The notes under the pieces are model-generated. The model was not told where the DNA came from, made no database searches, and was given only the letters and a program-made list of their open reading frames with translations. Shown here one piece after another: positions 23,758 through 31,682 of a stretch of 64,000 bases of DNA. Position numbers and translations under genes: made by a program. Source of the stretch: Candidatus Eiseniibacteriota bacterium (GTDB taxonomy: Bacteria; Eisenbacteria; RBG-16-71-46; CAVPCR01); contig CAVPCR010000002.1 of the NCBI GenBank assembly GCA_963702435.1, positions 384,001 to 448,000 of the forward strand, given 5' to 3'. Within the stretch, counting starts at the first letter, position 1. The number at the start of each line of letters is the position of its first letter.

Positions 23758-24824
23758 ACCGCATCAACTCTTTCCTCGAGCTCGTGGTCAACCAGGGCGG
23801 ATCCGACCTGCACCTGGTCTCGGGCGAACCGCCCCGGGTTCGCATCCACGGCGTCCTCTCGACCGTGCGCTTCCGCACGCTCTCGATCGAGGACATGCAG
23901 CGATTCCTCGAGGAGATCATGAACGACGACTTGAAACGTCGGTTCAACGAGCTCCTGGCGGTGGATTTCGCCTATGAGGTCCCAGCGCTCGGTCGGTTCC
24001 GGGTCAATGTCTATCGTCACCACCGCGGCATCGGCGCGGCGCTGCGCGCCATTCCGCCGCAAATCCCGGCCCTGGACGATCTCGGACTCCCCGCCGCGGT
24101 GAAGTCGGTGCTGGCTCAACGCAAGGGGCTCGCCCTGGTCACCGGTCCGACCGGCTCCGGTAAGTCAACGACCCTCGCCGCCCTGGTCGACAGCATCAAC
24201 CGGAGCGGCAAGGGGCACATCATCACGATCGAGGACCCGATCGAGTTCATCCACCATTACCATCAGTGCGTGATCAGCCAGCGCGAAATCGGAGTGCATG
24301 CGCCGAGCTTTGCCGAGGCACTGCGCAGCGCCGTCCGCGAGGACCCCGACGTGATCATGGTGGGCGAGCTCCGCGACCTCGAGTCGATCTCACTGGCCTT
24401 GACCGCTGCCGAGACGGGGATCCAGATTCTGGCCACCCTGCATACGAAGAGTGCCATCGGTACCATCTCCCGCATCGTGAACGTCTTCCCGGAGCAGCGG
24501 CAGGAGCTGGTTCGACATATGCTCGCGGACGGGCTCCACATGAGCATCTCGCAGCAGCTCGTGCGCAGGGCGGATCAGGCCGGGCGGGTGGCGGCGACCG
24601 AGGTACTCATCAACTCGCCGGCCGCGGCGACCCTCATCCGCGCGGGCCAGAGCCACAAGCTGACGAACGTCATCCAGTCCGCCCGCCGGGCGGGGATGCA
24701 GACCATGGACGGCACGCTCAAGGACTTGTTGCAGCGGAAGGTCATCACGGCCGAGGAGGCCTACGAGCACGCCATCGATCGGAGCTTGTTCGAGCGGCTC
24801 GTCGGCCGGGCGGAAGCCGCCTAG
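23754..24824 (+). CDS. pilT: Second PilT/PilU family ATPase
   Basis: GTGA overlap. SDLHL, GPTGSGKST, TIEDPIE, VREDPDVIMVGELRD, TGIQILATLHT, GMQTMD. Confidence 0.92.
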   Translation: MNRINSFLELVVNQGGSDLHLVSGEPPRVRIHGVLSTVRFRTLSIEDMQRFLEEIMNDDLKRRFNELLAVDFAYEVPALGRFRVNVYRHHRGIGAALRAIPPQIPALDDLGLPAAVKSVLAQRKGLALVTGPTGSGKSTTLAALVDSINRSGKGHIITIEDPIEFIHHYHQCVISQREIGVHAPSFAEALRSAVREDPDVIMVGELRDLESISLALTAAETGIQILATLHTKSAIGTISRIVNVFPEQRQELVRHMLADGLHMSISQQLVRRADQAGRVAATEVLINSPAAATLIRAGQSHKLTNVIQSARRAGMQTMDGTLKDLLQRKVITAEEAYEHAIDRSLFERLVGRAEAA

Positions 24825-24833
24825 CACAGCCTC

Positions 24834-26090
24834 CTAGGCCGCCTCGTTCGTCCGCTCCGGGACCGCCGCCACCGCGGTCGGGGCCGCCGCATAGACCGTG
24901 GAGACGATGCGCGGCAGAGCCCGCTTCAAGGTCGCGATCACATCCGGATCCCAATCCCGCCCGCTCCCGCGCTCGAGGATCTCCAGCACCTCGCTGAGCG
25001 GCTTCGCCTGCTTGTAGACGCGCTTGGAGATCAGGGCATCGAAGGCGTCCGCCACCGAGATGATGCGCGACTCGACGGGGATGTCTTCTCCGGCGAGCCG
25101 GTAGTAGCCCGACCCATTCATCTTCTCGTGATGGTAGGCCGCGAGCAGCGGGACGTCCTTGAGATGAGCGGGATAGACGATGCGGTCTAGGATGTTCTGC
25201 GTAAGATCCGCATGGTGAGACATCTCCTTCCGCTCGCCGTCGGACAGCTGGGCGGGCTTCAACAGCACCGCGTCCCGCACCCCCTGCTTGCCGAGGTCGT
25301 GGAGGAGGGCCGCGACCGAGAGCGCCTCGAGCTGCGTGCCGACGAGACCGCGATCCTGGCCCAGGATCACGGCCACCTTCTGCACCCGCTCCGAGTGCCG
25401 GGCGGTCTCCGGGTCCTTGAGGGAGAGCGAGTGGACGAGGGCGTTGATGGTCGATTCGAAGGCGCGCACCTGGTCCTGATTGAGACGATGGTTGTCCAGG
25501 ACCACGGCCACGTAGTTGGCGAATACCGCCATGCGGTCGACGTCCTTGCCGGTGAACATCCCGCTACCGGGCCGCCGGACATCGAGCTCGATGATGCCGA
25601 ATGCGTCGTTCACGCTGCACAGGGGCGCGCAGATGGCGTTGGAGATCCGGGAGAGAACGAGGCTGTCCGACTTGATCGCCGCCCCCTGAGAGCGGGAGTA
25701 GAGGAGAGACACTCCTTCGGTGATGACCTTGTTGACCAGGGTCGTGCTGAGCGGTATGGCCGGCTCTTCACCCTCACGCGACCGTGCGCAGAGCACCTTG
25801 AGCTCGGAGCTGTCAGGCTGCCGAACGGCCAGCACGAGATGGGTCGCCTGGGGGAACGCCTGGAACGTGTACTTGCTGATGACCGCGAGAAGCTCCGACT
25901 CGTTGCTCCGCACGGCGGCCGTCTCGCGCACGAAATTGAGGAAGATGCTGGCGGAACGGGCCTCGGCGGCGAAGAGGTCGGCCTGGAGATGATCGAGATC
26001 CGACAGGGAGCGCGAGTGGAGGACGGTGAGGGGCGAAGCGTCCTCGCCGGCGGGAAAGCGACTCTCGGTGTCGGGGGTCTGGCTGCTCAT
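24834..26090 (-). CDS. GAF + HD-GYP domain cyclic-dinucleotide phosphodiesterase-like protein
   Basis: GAF (AICAPL...FGIIELD...FTGKD). HD-GYP motifs ETARHS, HDLGK, HHEKMNGSGYY, ADAFDAL, RVYK. Confidence 0.9.
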   Translation of the reverse strand: MSSQTPDTESRFPAGEDASPLTVLHSRSLSDLDHLQADLFAAEARSASIFLNFVRETAAVRSNESELLAVISKYTFQAFPQATHLVLAVRQPDSSELKVLCARSREGEEPAIPLSTTLVNKVITEGVSLLYSRSQGAAIKSDSLVLSRISNAICAPLCSVNDAFGIIELDVRRPGSGMFTGKDVDRMAVFANYVAVVLDNHRLNQDQVRAFESTINALVHSLSLKDPETARHSERVQKVAVILGQDRGLVGTQLEALSVAALLHDLGKQGVRDAVLLKPAQLSDGERKEMSHHADLTQNILDRIVYPAHLKDVPLLAAYHHEKMNGSGYYRLAGEDIPVESRIISVADAFDALISKRVYKQAKPLSEVLEILERGSGRDWDPDVIATLKRALPRIVSTVYAAAPTAVAAVPERTNEAA

Positions 26091-26177
26091 GGCGTCTGCT
26101 CTGCCTCCGGGACACACTGACGACCACCACGGCGGGCCGGCCGCCAACCCCCGCGGCGCAGTGCGGTCCCCAGGGAT

Positions 26178-26290
26178 ATCGACGGCCCCGGCGGCAAGGA
26201 TGAGTCCTTTTGCCACTCGCGCCGCCTCCCCCAGCCACCGTCACTGACCGCCACCGGATTGTGCTCAGACCGGGTTTCGATCCGGCCGAT
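26178..26290. promoter_or_regulatory. Divergent pair of sigma28-like promoter motifs
   Basis: Minus strand CTCA-N17-GTCGATAT (26204 to 26176); plus strand CTCA-N17-GCCGATCA (26264-26292). Confidence 0.35.
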
Positions 26291-26349
26291 CACGAGGGGA
26301 GCAGGAGGGGGGCCGCCCCCGGTCCCATTTCAGATCGAGAGGGTGTGTC

Positions 26350-28554
26350 GTGACCTTGAACATGTGGTCCTTGCGGGGCTATGCCGCACTTCTCGTCGGC
26401 TGCGGCCTGGCCGTGCTGGCCGGGCTCAGTGGGAGCCTCGGGTCCTTCAACTGGGATCCCACCTCCCGCGAGGGACTCCTCCTCTGGGCCACGATGGCCG
26501 CGATTGCCGCCATCTCGCCGATTCCACTGCCGTGGCGGAACTCACGGTTCAGCTGGACCTCGGCGGTAGACCTGGGTGCCATCCTGGTCTTCGGTCCAGC
26601 GGTCGCCTGCTGGTTCGCTGTCTTCTCCCGCCTGAGTGCGGCCGCTGCTCGCCGCTGGGAGTCCGTGGCCGACACCGCGCTCAACGTCGGCCGCGCGATC
26701 TGCGGCATCGGCGTGGCCGGAGCCATCTACGCGAGCATGGGCGGCAAGTTCGGCAGCGAGCTGTTCATCGATTACGCGCATCTGGTCCCGATCGCGGCCT
26801 GCGGGTTGACCTACACTCTGGCGACAACGGTGCTGGCGGTTCCGGTCCGCGCAGCGCGGAAGCAGATCGCGGTCCGCCAGGCAATGCTCACCCAGGTGCG
26901 GTCGAACGGCGTCCTCGATCTCATCGTGCTGCCTTTCGGCGCGCTCCTCGCGGTCACGCAGATTCGCATTGGCTCCGCCGCAGTGGCCCTCTTTCTCATC
27001 GCCCTCCTGCTCGCCCGCTATGTCCTGGTGCTGTGGCTCCGGGCGCAACGGGACCACCTCGCGTTCACGCGCACGCTGATGACTGCCGTGGACGGCGCCG
27101 ATCCGCTCACCCGCGGCCACTCTCTCCGCGTCTCGAGGATGTGCGTTCAGATCGGCCGCAAGATGGGACTGTCGAAGCACGAGGTGGCACGGCTCGAGTA
27201 CGCCGCTCTCCTCCACGACATCGGCCGCACCGCCATCCGCCGCGAGGTCCTGGTCAAGTCCGGCAAGCTGACGCCGGGCGAGTTCGTGTCCGTGCAGGCG
27301 CATCCCCGTTTCTCGCGCGACGTGCTCGAGGGCCTGGCTTTCTACAAGGGGGCTGCGGAGATCGTCCATTGCCACCATGAGCAGCCGGACGGCAAGGGCT
27401 ATCCACGCGGCCTCACGGCTGACAAGATCCCGCTCGGGAGCCGCATCATCATGGTCGTCGCCGCCTTTGACGCCTTGACCTCGGATCGCCCCTACCGGCG
27501 GGGTCTCGAACCCGAGACGGCGTTCGAGGAGCTGCTCGGCCATACGGGGACACAGTTCTTTCCCGAGATCGTCGAGCTCCTCATCCATCTCTACTCGACG
27601 GGCGAACTATTCGTCGGCTTCGACGCCAAGGAGCTCGAGTTGCTGACCGACGAGGGCGGATCGCGGGCCCTGGCAGCCTACATGGAGCGCCGGAAGGAAG
27701 CCCCGGCGGTTCTCGAGAAGTGCGGAGTGGACATCGAGGAGACCGCGGGGGGGGCGGACTCCGCCCCGCTCGAGATGCCGCCGCAGCACGTGCGCGCCGA
27801 GTTCTCCCTGGACCAGACCGGCACCCTCAAGCTCGTGGTGGCCGCAGCCAGTGATCTCGGCTGCGTGCGCATGAACAACGAGGACTCCTTCGGCGTCTTC
27901 CCCAATCGCGCCGCGCCGGGGGGTCTCCTGGTCGTCGCCGATGGCATGGGCGGCGCCGCAGCCGGCGAGGTCGCGAGCAGGATGGCCGTTGATCGCATCC
28001 GCGACGGGTTTGCGGAAACCCTGCCCCGGAGCGGGGGACGCGGGGCCCTGGTCGCAGCGATCGCCGGTGCCAACGGCGCCATCTTCGCGCGGGCGCGAAA
28101 GGAGAGCCACCTCAGCGGGATGGGCACCACCTGCGCGGCGGCGGCAATAGTCGGGAACAAGCTCTTCCATGCTCACGTCGGCGACAGCCGCGTGTATCTG
28201 ATCGCCGGCGACAGTTTGGCGCTGCTCACGCAGGACCACACGGTGACTGCCGAGCTCGGGCGCGTGGCCGGGGGCGGGCGCGTGGCGACCGAGATGAAGC
28301 ATGTGCTGACCCGCTGCCTCGGCAATGCGGCCGGGGTCGAGGTGGACGCCAGCGATGAACCGATCGACCTGGCCCCGGGTGACACCCTCCTCCTCTGCAC
28401 CGACGGGTTGTGGAATCTGGTCACATCCGAGGAAATCCAGGAGATCGCCGCCGGGGCGGACCCCGCAGCAGCCGCGAAGCAGCTGATCGAGCTCGCCCTG
28501 TCCCGAGGCGGCGACGACAACGTGACGGTCCAGGTGGCGCGCGTCGAGGGCTGA
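26350..28554 (+). CDS. Multi-pass membrane sensor + HD-GYP domain + PP2C/PrpC Ser/Thr phosphatase fusion
   Basis: N-terminal hydrophobic helices; GHS, HDIGR, HHEQPDGKGYP, RPYR; PP2C motifs RMNNED, ADGMGG, HVGDSR, CTDG, DDN. Confidence 0.92.
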   Translation: MTLNMWSLRGYAALLVGCGLAVLAGLSGSLGSFNWDPTSREGLLLWATMAAIAAISPIPLPWRNSRFSWTSAVDLGAILVFGPAVACWFAVFSRLSAAAARRWESVADTALNVGRAICGIGVAGAIYASMGGKFGSELFIDYAHLVPIAACGLTYTLATTVLAVPVRAARKQIAVRQAMLTQVRSNGVLDLIVLPFGALLAVTQIRIGSAAVALFLIALLLARYVLVLWLRAQRDHLAFTRTLMTAVDGADPLTRGHSLRVSRMCVQIGRKMGLSKHEVARLEYAALLHDIGRTAIRREVLVKSGKLTPGEFVSVQAHPRFSRDVLEGLAFYKGAAEIVHCHHEQPDGKGYPRGLTADKIPLGSRIIMVVAAFDALTSDRPYRRGLEPETAFEELLGHTGTQFFPEIVELLIHLYSTGELFVGFDAKELELLTDEGGSRALAAYMERRKEAPAVLEKCGVDIEETAGGADSAPLEMPPQHVRAEFSLDQTGTLKLVVAAASDLGCVRMNNEDSFGVFPNRAAPGGLLVVADGMGGAAAGEVASRMAVDRIRDGFAETLPRSGGRGALVAAIAGANGAIFARARKESHLSGMGTTCAAAAIVGNKLFHAHVGDSRVYLIAGDSLALLTQDHTVTAELGRVAGGGRVATEMKHVLTRCLGNAAGVEVDASDEPIDLAPGDTLLLCTDGLWNLVTSEEIQEIAAGADPAAAAKQLIELALSRGGDDNVTVQVARVEG

Positions 28555-28584
28555 GCAGACGCGAGCGCGGACCCGGAGTTCGCC

Positions 28585-29655
28585 CTACCCTCCCGCCAGG
28601 CGGGCCCGGGCGAGCTGCCGCGCCGCCGCCTCGGTCGTGATCCCCGACTCCTCCGCCAGCGCGAAGATGCGCGTGAGCGTGGCGCCGATCGCGCGCACCT
28701 CGGCAGCGGCCCTCTCCGGCGACCAGCCCATGGCCTCCATGCCGGTGATGGCCATGGCCCCGCCGATGTTCACCGCGAAGTCGGGCGCGTAGAGGATGCC
28801 GCGCGCAGCGAGACGCGCGGCATCCTCCGGAGTTGCGAGCTGATTGTTGGCGGCACCCACCACCGCCCGGGCGCGAAGCCGCCGGATCGTGGGCTGGTCG
28901 AGGATCCCGCCGAGCGCGCACGGTGCGAAGATGTCGCAGGGTGTGTCATAGACCTCGTTCGGGGGAATGATGCGGAGCCCACGCCCACCCGCGAAGCGCA
29001 GCACGCGCGCGGGGTCGACATCGCTCACCGACACGGTGGCGCCCGCCGCGAGGAGGAGTTCGATGAGCGGAGCGCCGGCGCTCCCGGCACCCTGCACGAG
29101 GACGTGCCGGCCGGACAGCGCCTCGCTCCCGTAGAGCCGGCGGCAAGCGGCCTCGATCGCCACGAGGACGCCGAGCGCCGTGGCCGGCGCCGAGCTGCCG
29201 GCCCCGCCGCGCGCCTGGGTGCGCGAGAACACGTATGGCGCTCCGGTCTCGGCGATCACGTCCATGTCGGCGGCAGTCGTGCCCACATCGGGGCCGGTCG
29301 CGAAGAGCCCGCCGAGCGACCGGAGGAGGGCGCCATAGCGGCGGAGGAGGTCCGCCCGGGCCGCGGGGTCCAGCGGGGCACGGGGCGCAATCACCGCCTT
29401 CCCTCCCCCGCGCGGGAAGCCGGCGACCGCATACTTGAGGGTCATGCCCTCGGCGAGACGGAGCGCGTCGGCGATCGCCGCGGTCAGATCGGGATAGGTC
29501 TGGAAACGCGTGCCGCCCGTCGCCGGGCCGAGGCGCGACGAGTGGATGGCAATCACGATCCAGGCGCACGCCGGACGATCGGCATGGACGATCACGGTCT
29601 CGCCGTCCCACGCCGCGAGGAGAGAGTCCAGACCGGCATCACTCCCTGAGTCCAT
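28585..29655 (-). CDS. Glu/Leu/Phe/Val dehydrogenase (leucine dehydrogenase-like)
   Basis: GPATGGTR, MTLK, GGGKAVI, GPDVGT, QGAGSAG, GAANNQL, PDFAVNIGG. Confidence 0.93.
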   Translation of the reverse strand: MDSGSDAGLDSLLAAWDGETVIVHADRPACAWIVIAIHSSRLGPATGGTRFQTYPDLTAAIADALRLAEGMTLKYAVAGFPRGGGKAVIAPRAPLDPAARADLLRRYGALLRSLGGLFATGPDVGTTAADMDVIAETGAPYVFSRTQARGGAGSSAPATALGVLVAIEAACRRLYGSEALSGRHVLVQGAGSAGAPLIELLLAAGATVSVSDVDPARVLRFAGGRGLRIIPPNEVYDTPCDIFAPCALGGILDQPTIRRLRARAVVGAANNQLATPEDAARLAARGILYAPDFAVNIGGAMAITGMEAMGWSPERAAAEVRAIGATLTRIFALAEESGITTEAAARQLARARLAGG

Positions 29656-29744
29656 GGCGAGCGGATCGTACTGCCGGCGGCCGCCGCCACCAAGCCCCCG
29701 CCGGCCGGTCCGGCCTCGGCTCGTCGTGCTATGATCTGTCGTCG

Positions 29745-31649
29745 TTGAATACTAGAAAACACACCTCGCATCCGCCGGGACGCCCGGCGTCCCGGCCCCG
29801 CACCGCGCTCGCCGCGCTCGCCGTCCTCGCGCTCGTCCTCCTCGTCTTCCTGCCCACGCTCCGGCACGAGTTCGTGGACTGGGACGATACCGACAACTTC
29901 GTCCGGAACCAGAATTACCGCGGGCTCGGCCCCGACCAGATCCGCTGGATGTTCACGACCTTCCACATGGGTCACTTCCAGCCCCTGACCTGGCTCACGC
30001 TCGGCTTCGACTACACGTGGGCCGCGGCCGTCCTCGGTGACGGAATGGATGCGCGCGCCTATCACGCCACGAACACGCTCCTCCACGCGCTGAACGCCTT
30101 CCTCTTCGTCTTCGTCGCCCGGCGACTCCTCGCGCTGGCGCCGCTCACGCTCGCGGCGCGGCCGGCGGCACTCCTTCTCGCCGCCGCGTTCGCCGGCCTC
30201 CTCTTCGGCGTGCATCCGCTCCGCGTCGAGTCGGTGGCCTGGGTCACCGAGCGCCGGGATCTCCTGAGCTCGTTCTTCTTCCTCGCCGCGGTGCTCGCCT
30301 ACCTGCGCTTCACCGAGCCCGGACGACCTCACGATCGCCGCTGGCTCGCGCTCACCTTCGCCGCCTTCGGGCTGGGGCTCCTGTCCAAGGTGAGCGTCGT
30401 CGTCCTCCCGGTCGTGCTCCTCGTCCTCGACTGGTATCCGCTCCGCCGCATGCGCCCGCGCACGATCCGGCGCGCCGTCTACGAGAAGATCCCCTTCCTC
30501 GCGCTCTCGCTCGTCTTCGGTCTGGTCGCCGCGATCGGCCAGGCCAAGAACCACTGGCTCTATCCGCTGGCCGATCATCCGCTCCCCGCCCGCATCGCGC
30601 AGTCCTTCTACGGGCTTGTCTTCTACATCATGAAGACCATCGTCCCCACCGGCCTCCTCCCCATCTACGAGATGCGCTTCCCGGTGAACCCGCTGGAGCC
30701 GCGCTTCATCCTGGCGGCCGCGATCGTCCTCGCAGCGGCGCTCCTCCTCGTCCGCCATCGCCGGAGCGTTCCCTCGCTCGTCGCCGCCGCCCTCGTCTAC
30801 GCGGTCGTGCTCGCGCCGGTGATCGGCATCGCGCAGAACGGCTCGCAGATCGTGGCCGACCGCTACAGCTACATCTCGTGCCTCGGCTGGGCGGTGGTCA
30901 CCGCCGGCGGCGCGCTCGCCCTCACCCTCCGGCGCCCGCCGCTCGCCCGGCCGCTCGCCACCGCCGCCCTCGTCGTGGTCGCCGCGCTCTCGGTACTCAC
31001 CTGGCGGCAGTGCCTCGTCTGGCGCTCGACGGAGTCGCTCTGGACCTACACGGCCGCACGCGCCCCCGGGAGCTCGATCGCGCAGAACGGCTACGGCTAC
31101 GTGCTCCTCACGCAAGGACGGGCCGCCGAGGCCATCCCCCACCTCCGCCAGGCCATCGCCATCCAGCCGAGCAACGGGCAGGCGCATGCGAACCTGTGGC
31201 GCGCGATCCGCCAGAGCGGAGACGAGGAGGCGCTCATCGCCGCCTATCGCGAGTCGATCCGGCTCCGGCCCACCCTCGCCGATGCGCACTTCAACCTGGG
31301 GAATGCGCTCATGCGGCGGAACGAGGCGGGCTCCGCGGTGCGGAGCTACGAGGAGGCGGTCCGCCTGCGCCCTGACGTCGCCACGTATCACGGCGCGCTG
31401 GCCAAGGCCTGCCACGACAACGGGGACCTGGCCGCCGCCGAGCGCGAGAACCGGCGCGCCCTCGAGCTCGATCCCGGCCTCGCGATCGCCCACGTCAATC
31501 TGGCGATCGTGCTGCATGCCGCGGGCCGGCTGCCGGAGGCGATCGCGGAGCTCGAGCGCACGCTGGCGATCACGCCGGGGCACGCCGGGGCCCGCCGCCT
31601 CCTCGCCCAGTTCAGGGCCGAGGCGATCGCGGCGCCGGCACCGCACTGA
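29745..31649 (+). CDS. TMTC-like membrane glycosyltransferase (GT-C) with C-terminal TPR repeats
   Basis: FVDWDD loop, YHATNTLLH, HPLRVESVAWVTER, ADRYSY, W.STESLW, then TPRs. Extended -10 TG-C-TATGAT at 29727-29735. Start codon uncertain. Confidence 0.85.
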   Translation: MNTRKHTSHPPGRPASRPRTALAALAVLALVLLVFLPTLRHEFVDWDDTDNFVRNQNYRGLGPDQIRWMFTTFHMGHFQPLTWLTLGFDYTWAAAVLGDGMDARAYHATNTLLHALNAFLFVFVARRLLALAPLTLAARPAALLLAAAFAGLLFGVHPLRVESVAWVTERRDLLSSFFFLAAVLAYLRFTEPGRPHDRRWLALTFAAFGLGLLSKVSVVVLPVVLLVLDWYPLRRMRPRTIRRAVYEKIPFLALSLVFGLVAAIGQAKNHWLYPLADHPLPARIAQSFYGLVFYIMKTIVPTGLLPIYEMRFPVNPLEPRFILAAAIVLAAALLLVRHRRSVPSLVAAALVYAVVLAPVIGIAQNGSQIVADRYSYISCLGWAVVTAGGALALTLRRPPLARPLATAALVVVAALSVLTWRQCLVWRSTESLWTYTAARAPGSSIAQNGYGYVLLTQGRAAEAIPHLRQAIAIQPSNGQAHANLWRAIRQSGDEEALIAAYRESIRLRPTLADAHFNLGNALMRRNEAGSAVRSYEEAVRLRPDVATYHGALAKACHDNGDLAAAERENRRALELDPGLAIAHVNLAIVLHAAGRLPEAIAELERTLAITPGHAGARRLLAQFRAEAIAAPAPH

Positions 31650-31682
31650 GGTCCGGCTCGCGCTGACGTTCGGCCTCGAGCT

